From Thermoplasmata archaeon (GTDB taxonomy: Archaea > Thermoplasmatota > Thermoplasmata > Thermoplasmatales > ARK-15), in the NCBI GenBank assembly GCA_023261755.1, contig JAGDXS010000026.1:22015-86014 (forward strand): DNA of 64,000 nucleotides, written 5' to 3'. Within the stretch, counting starts at the first letter, position 1, and each line of letters starts with the position of its first letter. The translations under genes were made by a program, and so were the position numbers. The notes beneath the pieces are model-generated. The model did no database searches and was not told the DNA's origin. It worked only from the letters and a program-made list of their open reading frames with translations. Positions 48,659 to 58,984 of this stretch are shown here, piece by piece.

Positions 48659-49804
48659 ATGATTAATAAAAAAAATAAATCTGAAAAATTTTTCCAAGAA
48701 GGAATGAATTTTTTTAAAGATGGCAAATATATATATGCAAAAAGAAAATTTGATTTTGCAATTAAATATGATGATAATAAAAATCCTTTTTATCATTATT
48801 ACAAAGCTAAAGCACTATTTTCATTAAATAGAAAAAAAGAATGCTTGGTTGAGTTGGAAGATTCAATTATTTATTTTAATGAAAAAATTAGGTCTGAACC
48901 CAACGTGGCTAAATATTATAATGGGAGAGCTGAAGCTTTTGAATTGCTTGTAAAGAGATTTGATTTAGAAGTTGATACATTAAAGGACCTCGGCATAGAT
49001 CTCTTAAAAGAAAATTTTTTTGACGATACGGACAAGGTAATAACAAAAATGATGAGTATTTTTAAAAAAATCATTGATGATTCTGAAATTTCAATAAACC
49101 TCGAACCAACAAATTTAGATTTCAAGCTTCATAAAGCAAAATTTTATTCTTTTTTAGCAAGCTTTTTGGATTCTGATTATTCCTGCAAGCTCCATGGTTA
49201 CTTTGAAAAAACTGATCTTATAGATGATGCAATAAATGAATGCAATGTAGTATTAATGATGGATAGTAAAAACACTAAGGCACTAATGATAAAAGGTGAA
49301 ATATATCAAGATTTGAATAAATATAATGAATCATTAGAAGAGTTTGATAAGGTTTTAGCTATCGATCCTTTTAATATGGAAGCAATATATTCTAAAGGTT
49401 ATTCATTATTAAGGCTCGGAAAATATGAAGAATCAATAATTGCATTTGACAAGGTCATTGAAAAAGAACCAAAAAATTATTTAGCCCATTCATTTAAGGG
49501 TAGAGATTTATATTATCTTGTAAAATATGAAGAATCAATAAAGGAGTTTGATTTAGCAATATCCATATCACCAAAAGATTATTTTACATACCTTTACAAG
49601 GGAGATTCTCTCATTAAGATGAACAAAAAGGATGAAGCATTAAAGGAATATAACAAGGCAATAAGGATAGCGCCATACAGTATAGCCGCAAGTGATAGGA
49701 AGGTGTTACTTCTAAAAGAAATGAACAAGCAAAAGGAAATGAACAAGGAAATTTCAAGAGCCTTTAATGCCAATATATGTTCATTTGATAGAAAAAAGAA
49801 ATAA
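48659..49804 (+). CDS. Tetratricopeptide repeat protein
   Basis: Repeated 34-aa units (KG..Y..L.KY.ES...FD..L..DP), very AT-rich. Confidence 0.85.
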   Translation: MINKKNKSEKFFQEGMNFFKDGKYIYAKRKFDFAIKYDDNKNPFYHYYKAKALFSLNRKKECLVELEDSIIYFNEKIRSEPNVAKYYNGRAEAFELLVKRFDLEVDTLKDLGIDLLKENFFDDTDKVITKMMSIFKKIIDDSEISINLEPTNLDFKLHKAKFYSFLASFLDSDYSCKLHGYFEKTDLIDDAINECNVVLMMDSKNTKALMIKGEIYQDLNKYNESLEEFDKVLAIDPFNMEAIYSKGYSLLRLGKYEESIIAFDKVIEKEPKNYLAHSFKGRDLYYLVKYEESIKEFDLAISISPKDYFTYLYKGDSLIKMNKKDEALKEYNKAIRIAPYSIAASDRKVLLLKEMNKQKEMNKEISRAFNANICSFDRKKK

Positions 49805-50057
49805 AAATTTTTTATTTAATTTATACTTTGATTTCTTTTTTTATAAAAAATAATTTAAAATTTAAAAATAGATCTTAATTTAATTCATTTTAGAGTGCCA
49901 CTATATATTACTAAAATCCATGCTTTCTTGAATTTGGTTGTTCATTTTAAATTTCTATGATTCAAAAGCATTCTGGACATAAGTTACTAAATTTAAAAAA
50001 ATTAATTTTTATCTAATTAGATAATGCTAATCAAAAACTGAAAGCACATATAATTAG

Positions 50058-50132
50058 TGGGGCCGATCGGATTTGAACCGACGACCTTCCGGTTATCAGC
50101 CGGATGCTCCAACCATGCTAAGCTACGGCCCC
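50058..50132 (-). tRNA. tRNA-Ile (anticodon GAT), no encoded CCA, no intron
   Basis: GGGGCCG/CGGCCCC acceptor stem, CCGG-CTGATAA-CCGG anticodon arm, GGTTCAAATCC T-loop. Confidence 0.96.
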
Positions 50133-50158
50133 TTATTTAAGGTAAATGGTACATTTAT

Positions 50159-50170
50159 ATTTATAACTTT
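50159..50170 (-). promoter_or_regulatory. BRE/TATA promoter of tRNA-Ile
   Basis: AAAG-TTATAAAT about 27-34 nt upstream of the mature 5' end. Confidence 0.55.
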
Positions 50171-50312
50171 TCTTAACTTTTTTATTTACAATAATTTCAT
50201 AATATAAAATCTTTCATTTCTAATTGTACCTAGGCATAATATATATAATTATCACTCAAAATTTTTATATATGAGTTTATAGATTTAGAATTTATGTTGG
50301 AGGTGCTTACGA

Positions 50313-53300
50313 TTGAAAAATAAAAAACTCTTGAATATGTTAAACATGGTAATAATTTTATTAATAATTACATCGTTAATACCATTAGGAATATCAAATA
50401 ATTTAGTTCAAAATAAAAAAATAAATTCTCTAGAGAGTACATCTGTTAAAAATATATACATTAATTCTACGTTTGTTATTAATTCTACAACCATAGATCC
50501 TCTTACTGGAGAAAAGGGTATGTATGGTTTTAATGGTAACGTAATTATAGGATCATCTGGAAATTTAACTGTATTAAATGCGAATGTTTATTTTATACAG
50601 GATTCTTTATCACCAGTTTCACTTTCAATTGTGGCGGGCGGATCAATTTATCTTAAAAATTCAACTTTAACAGTAACTCCTGACAGATATTATCCATCAT
50701 TGAATTTTTCTGTTAATGATTATGGAGGACAGATCTATTTTAACGGAGCAAGAATTTTGTATCCAGGTTGGTTCAACGTGACTGGTTCAAATGTTTATCT
50801 ATATAATACAACATTTGCTAATGTAACATCACAACAAATTAATTTAGCGAATCAATTTGGATTGTCTCCAACTAATGATCCATTTATATTAAACGGTCCC
50901 ACACCACTTTTCACATCCGATACAATAGCTATGAAAAATGTTTTCTTTTATAAATTACCTCAAAATGCATACGGTAAAACCCTTATCGCATCCGGTCCAC
51001 CATCAAATGTTCATTTTCCACAATACATTTATCCTGGTCAAATTTTAAGCATCGGAAATGGATTTTCTCTGTCACCAGGAAGTGTATTTCCATATACAAC
51101 ATTTAGTAATGGAACAATCCTTCTGAATTATTCTACAACAAATAATAATTCTTATAATTCGAGTATAAAAGTTTATTATAAAAATATTTTACTTTATTCA
51201 AATATTTTATTACCACAATATAAAGCAAAATCCGCATCATTTTTATTGAACTTCTCAAATATTATATATTTAATAAATTATAGTGCAATTACTAACCCTG
51301 GAAATATATTCGTAAATATAAGTGGTCCGAGTGCTGGAGAATTAATAATAAATTCTATAGAATTAAATCTGTATACGGATAAAAGTTTGACTAATCAAAT
51401 AGGATTTTTAAAGCACCAGTTCAATCTTATTAGATCTACATTATATGGTGAAAATGTTTTCATATCAGCAAATTCCAATTTTTCAAATGGAAACCCAAGT
51501 AAAAATTATATATTTTTGCAGAATAGTCAAGCATATATTTTGAATTTAACCGTCTGTTCTGAAAAATTTTCAGTAGGATACCATGATCCACCATATTTAA
51601 TGGATCAATCTTCCTCTATATATTTATATAGAAATGCAATAGTTAAAATACAAAATTATAATGGAATTCCATTATCAAATCTTAATGTATCTGCGTCACC
51701 AGATAATTTACCAATTTTTTCAAATGGAAAAGTTATCTTAGACAATCAAATTGTTTCCAATCTCAATAATATTTTGTATTCATCCCTTGGCATTGGTCCT
51801 ACGTTGACAAATTCTTCAGGTATAGCAATATTGCCATTATTTACAGATAACGTCTCTATGTCTTATTGGCCAAATGCCTTGTATGGAGGTAATTATATAT
51901 TCAATATAAGTGCTGGGACAAGGTTATTAAAATCATCAGAAATTGGTTTACCCTATTTCCCCAATCTAAATCTGACAGGAAATAATTATAAAATAAATGA
52001 AACTGTGATAGTTCCGGATATAGTATTAAAAAGTATATCTATACCATTAGAGATGATACATAACCAAACATACACAATATCTTCTGAGATATTCGTTCAA
52101 GGGGAATCAATTTCAAATGTTCCAGTAAGTTTTAACTTACCTGGATTTTCCAAAATTATTATTGTAAATCTTAATGAAAATAAAGATACATTTGTTAATA
52201 TTAGTTATACTGTCCCGTATGACGTGTTGCCTGGGAATTATACTGTAAATATATCTGTAAATCCAAGCAGAACGATTTATGAAAGCAATTATTCTAATAA
52301 TTACAAGGTTGCAACTGTTAAAATATTTCCTGATACAGATGTAGGTGTTTCAAAGCCTGTATTTTCGAAGATGAACCTTTATTCAGCGGATTTCATTAAT
52401 TTTACAGTTTACAATCTAGGTACTGATGCCGCATCTAATGTACATGTTGAATTAATGCTAACGCCTCCAAATGGAGCAATAATGACTAATTATTGGATTT
52501 TAAATATATCTGGAAATAAAAATATATCATTATCATACAAGTTCATACCTCAGATAATAGGTACTTATAGTGTTACTGTTTACGCACCTTATTATTGGGA
52601 TATTAATTATTCAAATAATTACAATTTCAATACTACATCATCAAGTATAGTATATTTCTTCATACCTTCAAATACAGGTTTCTCCATTTTAGGAAATATA
52701 ACACCTAATATGCCTATGAGTATAGAGCTCTATTCTGAAATAGGTGTAAATGGAGTAATACTATCACAGGCTCCAAACGTAACTGTATCATTTAATGATT
52801 TGACAAACGGTGTAAATATAGGAAGTACACAAACATATTATTCAAATGGCGCAATATATGCCAATTTAACAACAAATTATTTCTATTATGGACATAAATA
52901 CTTAGTGGGATTGGTTTTAACTAATCCATATGAGAATTTGTCATACGTTGTTTATGTTTATTATAATTTCACTTTATACGTACCATCAATATCATATACA
53001 ATAGATCCCATATCTTCTACTTACATGAATGGCACAACTATACCTATATATATAAATTTGACAACAGGATCAACATCAATTAATGACCTGAACGTTATAA
53101 TTGAATTCCCAACATTAAGTATCATGCATAGATGGTTATTAAACACTACACCTTATGAAAATATTTCATTAGTATATTATTTGAATGCAACTTTAAATAT
53201 GGGGAATAACAATGAAATTCAACTGCCATACGAAATATATATCACTTATCCAGAAATATCTCCTTATAATGTTATACTTGACAAGGGACAGATTACAATT

Positions 53301-54539
53301 TTTGAAAAACCAAATATTTACATACAATCATTCACATATAAATATAATTCAGTTGTAAAGAACATAAATAATGTTCCAGCAGGTACATATTTTGAAGTAA
53401 TAATGGTGATAGGTAATGATGGTGGTACTTTAGCCAAAGGAAATACTACAATTTCATTGGTTGAAAATGGTAATATAATCTATACTAAAAACATTACAAA
53501 TATTGCTCCTGGAAGTACTGTAAACATTACTACCAATGTCACTGCAACTTTAGCTGGAGAGAATACATTAACAATAATTGCCAATTATACATACTTGCCA
53601 CAGAAAATAAATGGACCAAAAAGTGCAAGCTTTAATTTTATTGTCGTGCCTCCAAATACAGAGGTCATAATGTACTCATCATCCACAACAATAACCTCTG
53701 GGCAGAGATTAACATTGACATTTATGGTATTAAATATAAATGCTACCCAACAACTAGGTAGAAATGTGTTCTTAACAGATATATCATTAACAATTGTTAT
53801 GAAAAGTGGATCAATATCTAATACTTACAATATTTATATAGGTTCTAATGGGATAGGAATTCTAACAGTATCACCAAACCAGGCAGGTAAATATTCAATA
53901 ATAGCTTCTTATTCATATTTTGGGCAACAACAAAATGAGATATTACCAACTCAAATAAATGTTCAGGGTCAATCCATACTACCTTTATGGTTAATAGTTG
54001 TAATTGTAATAATTGTAATAGTGATAGGCATATTTGCATATTCATTCATGAAGTATAAGAAGGTAGAGAAAAATCTAATGGTTTGCGGTAACTGTGGAAG
54101 TTTGATACCTGCCGATTCAGAAAAGTGCCCTGTATGTGGTGTTGTGTTTGAAAAAGAAAATGTAAAATGTGGAAACTGCGGATCTTGGATAAAGAAGGAT
54201 GCAAGGTATTGTCCAGTATGCGGTGCATTATACATGGATGAAAATGACCCTGATTACAAGAAATATTCAAAACTAAGGGAAGAATACAATTTAGAAATTC
54301 AGAAGTATAAAGAAGAGGCGAAACGTGAACTAGGTGACAAATTTACTGACGAGGAATTTTTCAGATGGTGGAATTCAAAACCTGAGTTCATAACATTTGA
54401 AAAGTGGATTGAGAAAAAGGAAGAGGAAAAGGGTCAAACAGTAGAATGTCCAGTATGTGGCACATTGAATCCAAAAGGAGCAAAATTCTGCAAAGTATGT
54501 GGATCACCATTACCTGGAAATACAAATGAGAAAAAATAA
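50313..54539 (+). CDS. Large cell-surface glycoprotein: signal peptide, beta-rich/CARDB-like domains, C-terminal TM helix, cytoplasmic triple zinc ribbon
   Basis: TTG start after GGAGGTG. N/S/T/Y-rich; 'VNPSRTIYESNYSNN' and 'V.NLGTD.A..V.V' CARDB-like motifs; TM LPLWLIVVIVIIVIVIGIFAY; six CxxC pairs. Confidence 0.85.
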   Translation: MKNKKLLNMLNMVIILLIITSLIPLGISNNLVQNKKINSLESTSVKNIYINSTFVINSTTIDPLTGEKGMYGFNGNVIIGSSGNLTVLNANVYFIQDSLSPVSLSIVAGGSIYLKNSTLTVTPDRYYPSLNFSVNDYGGQIYFNGARILYPGWFNVTGSNVYLYNTTFANVTSQQINLANQFGLSPTNDPFILNGPTPLFTSDTIAMKNVFFYKLPQNAYGKTLIASGPPSNVHFPQYIYPGQILSIGNGFSLSPGSVFPYTTFSNGTILLNYSTTNNNSYNSSIKVYYKNILLYSNILLPQYKAKSASFLLNFSNIIYLINYSAITNPGNIFVNISGPSAGELIINSIELNLYTDKSLTNQIGFLKHQFNLIRSTLYGENVFISANSNFSNGNPSKNYIFLQNSQAYILNLTVCSEKFSVGYHDPPYLMDQSSSIYLYRNAIVKIQNYNGIPLSNLNVSASPDNLPIFSNGKVILDNQIVSNLNNILYSSLGIGPTLTNSSGIAILPLFTDNVSMSYWPNALYGGNYIFNISAGTRLLKSSEIGLPYFPNLNLTGNNYKINETVIVPDIVLKSISIPLEMIHNQTYTISSEIFVQGESISNVPVSFNLPGFSKIIIVNLNENKDTFVNISYTVPYDVLPGNYTVNISVNPSRTIYESNYSNNYKVATVKIFPDTDVGVSKPVFSKMNLYSADFINFTVYNLGTDAASNVHVELMLTPPNGAIMTNYWILNISGNKNISLSYKFIPQIIGTYSVTVYAPYYWDINYSNNYNFNTTSSSIVYFFIPSNTGFSILGNITPNMPMSIELYSEIGVNGVILSQAPNVTVSFNDLTNGVNIGSTQTYYSNGAIYANLTTNYFYYGHKYLVGLVLTNPYENLSYVVYVYYNFTLYVPSISYTIDPISSTYMNGTTIPIYINLTTGSTSINDLNVIIEFPTLSIMHRWLLNTTPYENISLVYYLNATLNMGNNNEIQLPYEIYITYPEISPYNVILDKGQITIFEKPNIYIQSFTYKYNSVVKNINNVPAGTYFEVIMVIGNDGGTLAKGNTTISLVENGNIIYTKNITNIAPGSTVNITTNVTATLAGENTLTIIANYTYLPQKINGPKSASFNFIVVPPNTEVIMYSSSTTITSGQRLTLTFMVLNINATQQLGRNVFLTDISLTIVMKSGSISNTYNIYIGSNGIGILTVSPNQAGKYSIIASYSYFGQQQNEILPTQINVQGQSILPLWLIVVIVIIVIVIGIFAYSFMKYKKVEKNLMVCGNCGSLIPADSEKCPVCGVVFEKENVKCGNCGSWIKKDARYCPVCGALYMDENDPDYKKYSKLREEYNLEIQKYKEEAKRELGDKFTDEEFFRWWNSKPEFITFEKWIEKKEEEKGQTVECPVCGTLNPKGAKFCKVCGSPLPGNTNEKK

Positions 54540-54542
54540 TTT

Positions 54543-56195
54543 TTATTCTTTTAATTTTTCTTGTATTCTAGAAATTAACCCATCTGGATCTTTATAATAT
54601 TCAGAAACTATTTTAGCGACATCCCTGTAATTTGAAACACCTATTTTTTCCATATATTCAAGAACCATTTCCCTTCTTTTTACTTCTATTTCCATTCTTC
54701 TTGGGGACCAATTTCTTATTGTACTTATTTTTTCATAGACGTAGCTGTGGCCACTATAATTGAATGTATCATCACCAGGGTTCCAGACATAAGCGTTGTT
54801 AGTTACAAGTTCTCCACTTTCAGGATCTATAGCTACTATTTCTGTAAGGCTTTTCACCCTTCTTGTCATTTTTGGCCCTACTTTAACTTGACCTTGGAGC
54901 AGTACAACATCAAGGGATGTTAGCAAAGCTCTAGGCAAATTAATTGGTTCATTCTCAAGTCTATGAACAAGGGATTTAACGTCATCCGCGTGAAATGTGG
55001 TGTAACATGTTTTCCCTGTTGCCATAGCCTGAAATACAGTATATGCTTCCTTACCTCTCACTTCTCCAACAATGATATATTGGGGCCTTTGTCTTAATGC
55101 TGCGGTAAGAAGGTCAAACATGTCTATTTCCCCTGCTCTTTTACCAGTCACAGGGTTGTATTCTCCATAACCTTCTCTTACAAGACCAGGTATCCAGTTT
55201 TCCTGTGGCAGATTTAATTCTCTAGTATCCTCTATGCTTACAATTTTTGCTTGTGGTGGAATAAACAGTAGAGTAGCATTTAGTGTAGTTGTTTTTCCAG
55301 AGGCAGTACCACCAGCGATGATCATACTTATTCCATTTTCAACACCCAGCCAGATGTAAGCCATCATTTCTCTCGACAAGGTTTTAAATTTTACAAGGTC
55401 CAAAGGTGTAAATGGATTTGGTTTGAATCTTCTTATTGTAAAAGAGGAACCTCTCTTGGTAACATATTTACCAAGTGTAGCTTGCAATCTTGAACCATCA
55501 GGAAGTGAAGCATCTACCATTGGGCTAGCTATTGAAATATGCCTTCCACTTTTTTGTACGATCCAGATTACAAAGTTATCCAAAGTTTCATCATTTAAAA
55601 ATTTCAGGTTTGATCTTAAGCTTTCATATTTTCTATGATATATATAAACGGGTATATTTGTACCATCGCAAGAAATATCTTCCACTTCTGGATCGAGCAT
55701 TGGTACTTGTATAGGGCCATATCCCTGAAAATCTCTCTTTAAGTAATATACGAATTTAGCTTTAGTTTCATCCGTTATGTTTTCTCCCGATTTTACAATA
55801 ATCTCTTCCATAAGATCAATGAGATAATTTTCCTTTTCTTCCTCATTTTCAAATACCTTAAAATCTATTAGATCAGTAATTTGATCCTTTATTTTTGCAT
55901 AAATTTTTTCTTCAGAAATGTTCAATGGGGGCTCAATTATTTCATACATATATTCATTGTAGAGTGAATTATAAAGTATTCTTACATAGGAATAATTTTC
56001 CTGTATTGGTTGAATATCAACCTGTTTTAAATTAGGATCTGTAATTTCCGGAACCGTTACTTTGTAATTAAAATTCTTCATTGCAGAACTTGCAGGTGCA
56101 ATTATTTTGAACGTTTTTGTTTCTAGATCCTTATTTATTACAGGTTTAAGAATTTTAAGATACCAAGTTCCTGGTTTTTTTTCAGCTTCAACCAT
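54543..56195 (-). CDS. Type IV pilus assembly ATPase (VirB11/TadA/FlaI family)
   Basis: DP.VEDISCDG, GSSFTIRRF, GGTASGKTT, IEDTRE, LRQRP.YIIVGEVRG, TTFHA. Confidence 0.93.
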   Translation of the reverse strand: MVEAEKKPGTWYLKILKPVINKDLETKTFKIIAPASSAMKNFNYKVTVPEITDPNLKQVDIQPIQENYSYVRILYNSLYNEYMYEIIEPPLNISEEKIYAKIKDQITDLIDFKVFENEEEKENYLIDLMEEIIVKSGENITDETKAKFVYYLKRDFQGYGPIQVPMLDPEVEDISCDGTNIPVYIYHRKYESLRSNLKFLNDETLDNFVIWIVQKSGRHISIASPMVDASLPDGSRLQATLGKYVTKRGSSFTIRRFKPNPFTPLDLVKFKTLSREMMAYIWLGVENGISMIIAGGTASGKTTTLNATLLFIPPQAKIVSIEDTRELNLPQENWIPGLVREGYGEYNPVTGKRAGEIDMFDLLTAALRQRPQYIIVGEVRGKEAYTVFQAMATGKTCYTTFHADDVKSLVHRLENEPINLPRALLTSLDVVLLQGQVKVGPKMTRRVKSLTEIVAIDPESGELVTNNAYVWNPGDDTFNYSGHSYVYEKISTIRNWSPRRMEIEVKRREMVLEYMEKIGVSNYRDVAKIVSEYYKDPDGLISRIQEKLKE

Positions 56196-56207
56196 TTTTA
56201 AAACACC

Positions 56208-57062
56208 TCAAGCAATACCCATAGCTCTCAAAAATATATATCCAGCCAAGAGTAAAACAAAAGCTAAGAAGAACCCTGCTTCATACTTTCCCTGGGATAA
56301 AACTCCAGCTAAAATACCGTCACCTACACCATTTATAAGGGTAGCTACCATGAAAAGAAACTCTACTTGAGGTATCAATTGGTATTGAACATTTACAGGG
56401 CCACCTAGCGAAGAAACACCTGAAAGAGCTCTTCCAGCTTTATACATTTCAGGGAAGAAGGATGCTGCCAGTATAAGAATTGTAGCGAGGAAAACGCCAT
56501 AAGCAATAAACATAACGAAAACATAAGTTTGCATTTCTATTGCTCTTTCCTTTTCAACCATTTGAGATTCTAATGCAGCATGTGATACCATATTAAGTAC
56601 ATCCGCAACATTACCTCCAGATTCATTAGCCTTAATGATTATAGTGATCATCCTTTCCACTAGAGGTGTTTTAATTCTTTCCTTAAATGATTCCAAAGCC
56701 TCATTTACTGGAACTCCCCATTCTATTTGGGCAGCCATTTTCTTAATTTCCTTTGTAAGTGGGCCATATCTACCGCTTGAAGCTACTATAATGCTTTCAG
56801 AAAGGGTCATACCAAATCTTCCGGCCTCTGCAACATCTCTTAAAAAATCCGGAAGCCTAGCTTCTATGCTTTTAATTCTCTTAGTTTTTAAATTATAATA
56901 AATCCCATATGGTCCAAAATACAAAGAAATACCAACGACAATCAAATCCATAGGTTGAAAAATGAATAAATTTGTTTTATTCAAATAATTGATAGCTCCA
57001 ATTATCACTATTATAGTACCTATGGCTATAGATCCATACAACACAAGCTTATCCTTATTCAT
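56208..57062 (-). CDS. Type II secretion F / TadC-like pilus platform protein
   Basis: LPDFLRDVAE..RFGMTL.ES, YGPLT.EI, ESGGNVADVL, TM helices. Confidence 0.88.
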   Translation of the reverse strand: MNKDKLVLYGSIAIGTIIVIIGAINYLNKTNLFIFQPMDLIVVGISLYFGPYGIYYNLKTKRIKSIEARLPDFLRDVAEAGRFGMTLSESIIVASSGRYGPLTKEIKKMAAQIEWGVPVNEALESFKERIKTPLVERMITIIIKANESGGNVADVLNMVSHAALESQMVEKERAIEMQTYVFVMFIAYGVFLATILILAASFFPEMYKAGRALSGVSSLGGPVNVQYQLIPQVEFLFMVATLINGVGDGILAGVLSQGKYEAGFFLAFVLLLAGYIFLRAMGIA

Positions 57063-58033
57063 GAAACCACCTCACTTGTAGATTTTATTATCCAGGCAAA
57101 AAGAATAATTAGTACTGGAAGCATTATGAAAACAACAAAGTAAAGAAGTATTAATGAGACACCTGGTGTAGGGGATATTAAAGCCATTATTGCTACTATG
57201 ATAATTAAGAACAATGGAAATGCCACACCTACAGTAACAAAACTTTCTGCGAATAATGAAATAGTTTCATTTGTTCTCTTCATTTGTAGTTTCAATTCAT
57301 TTTCATATTCTTCTCCTTTAGCTATGAAATATGGTTTTAATCTCCCTCCAGAAGTTGATGTTGTTACAACACCTTGTAAAAATTCTGACCATTTTTGGCT
57401 TGGTGATCTCTTAGCGCCATCCCTTAAGGCAGTTAGAATATCTTTTCCCAATAGTTCCGTATCCCTTGTAATCCATTCAGCCTCCTTAGCTACTTCCCCA
57501 TATTCTGGTCTTTTAGCCAATTCTTTAAAAATCATATCCACGTTTACATCTGCTGAGGCCAGTGCAGAAATAAAATTCATTGTTGCTGGAAGCTTACCAT
57601 CAATCTTTTTTCCTCTTGTTTTTGCAACAGATGCAGGATTACCTATCATAAGAATGTAGGTTATTACTGGTGCAATGACAAGTGCAATTACCATAATTAA
57701 AGTAATAAATATATTTCCAAGGAATAAAGTAGCTATTAATATTGCAAACAATGGAATTGCAACAATCAATGAAAGGAAATAAACGTATGCAATATATTCC
57801 TGCGGTCTAATTAGCATATGTGCTTTTAATAAATCCTCACCCAATTTTACTAAATTTTTATTTTTTTCTGCATATTTACCAAATAATTTAAATGCAGTTT
57901 TCTGAATAGAATTTAATTCATAAAAGGTAGGCCCTGAACCTTTAGGCAATAAGATTTTATATGTTTTATTAGGTTCTGCAGTAATATTTTTTTTTCTAAA
58001 GTTAAATAAACCATTTAAAAATGTTGCGCACAA
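57059..58033 (-). CDS. Type II secretion F / TadB-like pilus platform protein
   Basis: ID.KLP..MNFI.ALA, YGEVAKE, G.DILTAL...A..SPS.KW.EFL.G; TTG start after GAGGTGA. Confidence 0.88.
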   Translation of the reverse strand: MCATFLNGLFNFRKKNITAEPNKTYKILLPKGSGPTFYELNSIQKTAFKLFGKYAEKNKNLVKLGEDLLKAHMLIRPQEYIAYVYFLSLIVAIPLFAILIATLFLGNIFITLIMVIALVIAPVITYILMIGNPASVAKTRGKKIDGKLPATMNFISALASADVNVDMIFKELAKRPEYGEVAKEAEWITRDTELLGKDILTALRDGAKRSPSQKWSEFLQGVVTTSTSGGRLKPYFIAKGEEYENELKLQMKRTNETISLFAESFVTVGVAFPLFLIIIVAIMALISPTPGVSLILLYFVVFIMLPVLIILFAWIIKSTSEVVS

Positions 58034-58067
58034 GTTTAATTCACCTCTTTAATTATCATCTTATCAC

Positions 58068-58910
58068 CTAATATGATGAAAATTGTACATTCATATATGC
58101 TATTTCAACATTCACTTCATACACGGGACCAAAGCTTAGAAAATTACCTTTTATTATTGGAGGACTAAAACCGAATAACTCAGATTGATTATAATACCAT
58201 CCCACGAGTGAATTAGCAAATGAATAACTATTGTTCACTGAAATATTTGCATACATTTTGTTGATTGCTGTGTATGTTATTTTCTGGATACCTAGGAGAG
58301 AAATTTGAAGATTCAATGTATCTGTTCCTGAATAAGAATTTGAAGGGCCTAGAACATTATATATTATGAAATTTAAAACATATCCTTTAGAAGAATTTTT
58401 AATTGAAAATCCTGGACCTACATATACTGTTGAACTATTTTCATTAACATTTTCTCTTATAACAGCACCATTTGCGAATATGATCTTTTCCTCAGGATAA
58501 TAGCTGTTATATATTGTCGTCGAAAAAAATCCAGAAGAATTTTGGTAATAATTCTTACCGTTATTGGATATATTAAGAGAAAATATAGGATTTGGAGATG
58601 GACTTATTTGTAACATGGAAGGTGTGGAAGGTGCAAAAATTGGAATTCCATTAGCCCCCATTGTTACAGGAACAGAAAAAGAATAATTCTCCTCCCCTGT
58701 TGCAACAAGCAGGTCTGTAAATGTTTTAATTTGTGAAAAATCTGAAAGTACCTCTATATCATGCTGTGCCTCGTTTGTTTTCATATAAACAGGTACGTAC
58801 TGTGTCATAAATGCAGAGAGTATAGTAACAGCGAGCAGAAGAGCAAAAAGCGTTCCTATGACAGATGCTACACCCTTTTCTTTATTTTCTTTACCCATAC
58901 CATTATTCAA
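58068..58910 (-). CDS. Large type IV pilin-like protein with a class III signal peptide
   Basis: KEKG|VASVIGTLFALLLAVTILSAF: charged leader, G at -1, hydrophobic helix. Confidence 0.8.
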   Translation of the reverse strand: MNNGMGKENKEKGVASVIGTLFALLLAVTILSAFMTQYVPVYMKTNEAQHDIEVLSDFSQIKTFTDLLVATGEENYSFSVPVTMGANGIPIFAPSTPSMLQISPSPNPIFSLNISNNGKNYYQNSSGFFSTTIYNSYYPEEKIIFANGAVIRENVNENSSTVYVGPGFSIKNSSKGYVLNFIIYNVLGPSNSYSGTDTLNLQISLLGIQKITYTAINKMYANISVNNSYSFANSLVGWYYNQSELFGFSPPIIKGNFLSFGPVYEVNVEIAYMNVQFSSY

Positions 58911-58984
58911 TTGTTAAACCATTATATAAATTTTTGGAAAAGGAATAGGAAAAATTCAATACAGTATAAAATTTATCACAAATC

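Noticed and set aside
50009-50024. Perfect 16-bp palindrome TTATCTAATTAGATAA
   Set aside because: It is almost entirely A/T in a very AT-rich stretch, so it is expected by chance. No associated gene start.
44998-50132. Integrated element/provirus at tRNA-Leu or tRNA-Ile
   Set aside because: No integrase, and no duplicated tRNA 3' fragment (att site) was found by eye. The interval between the two tRNAs holds core genes.
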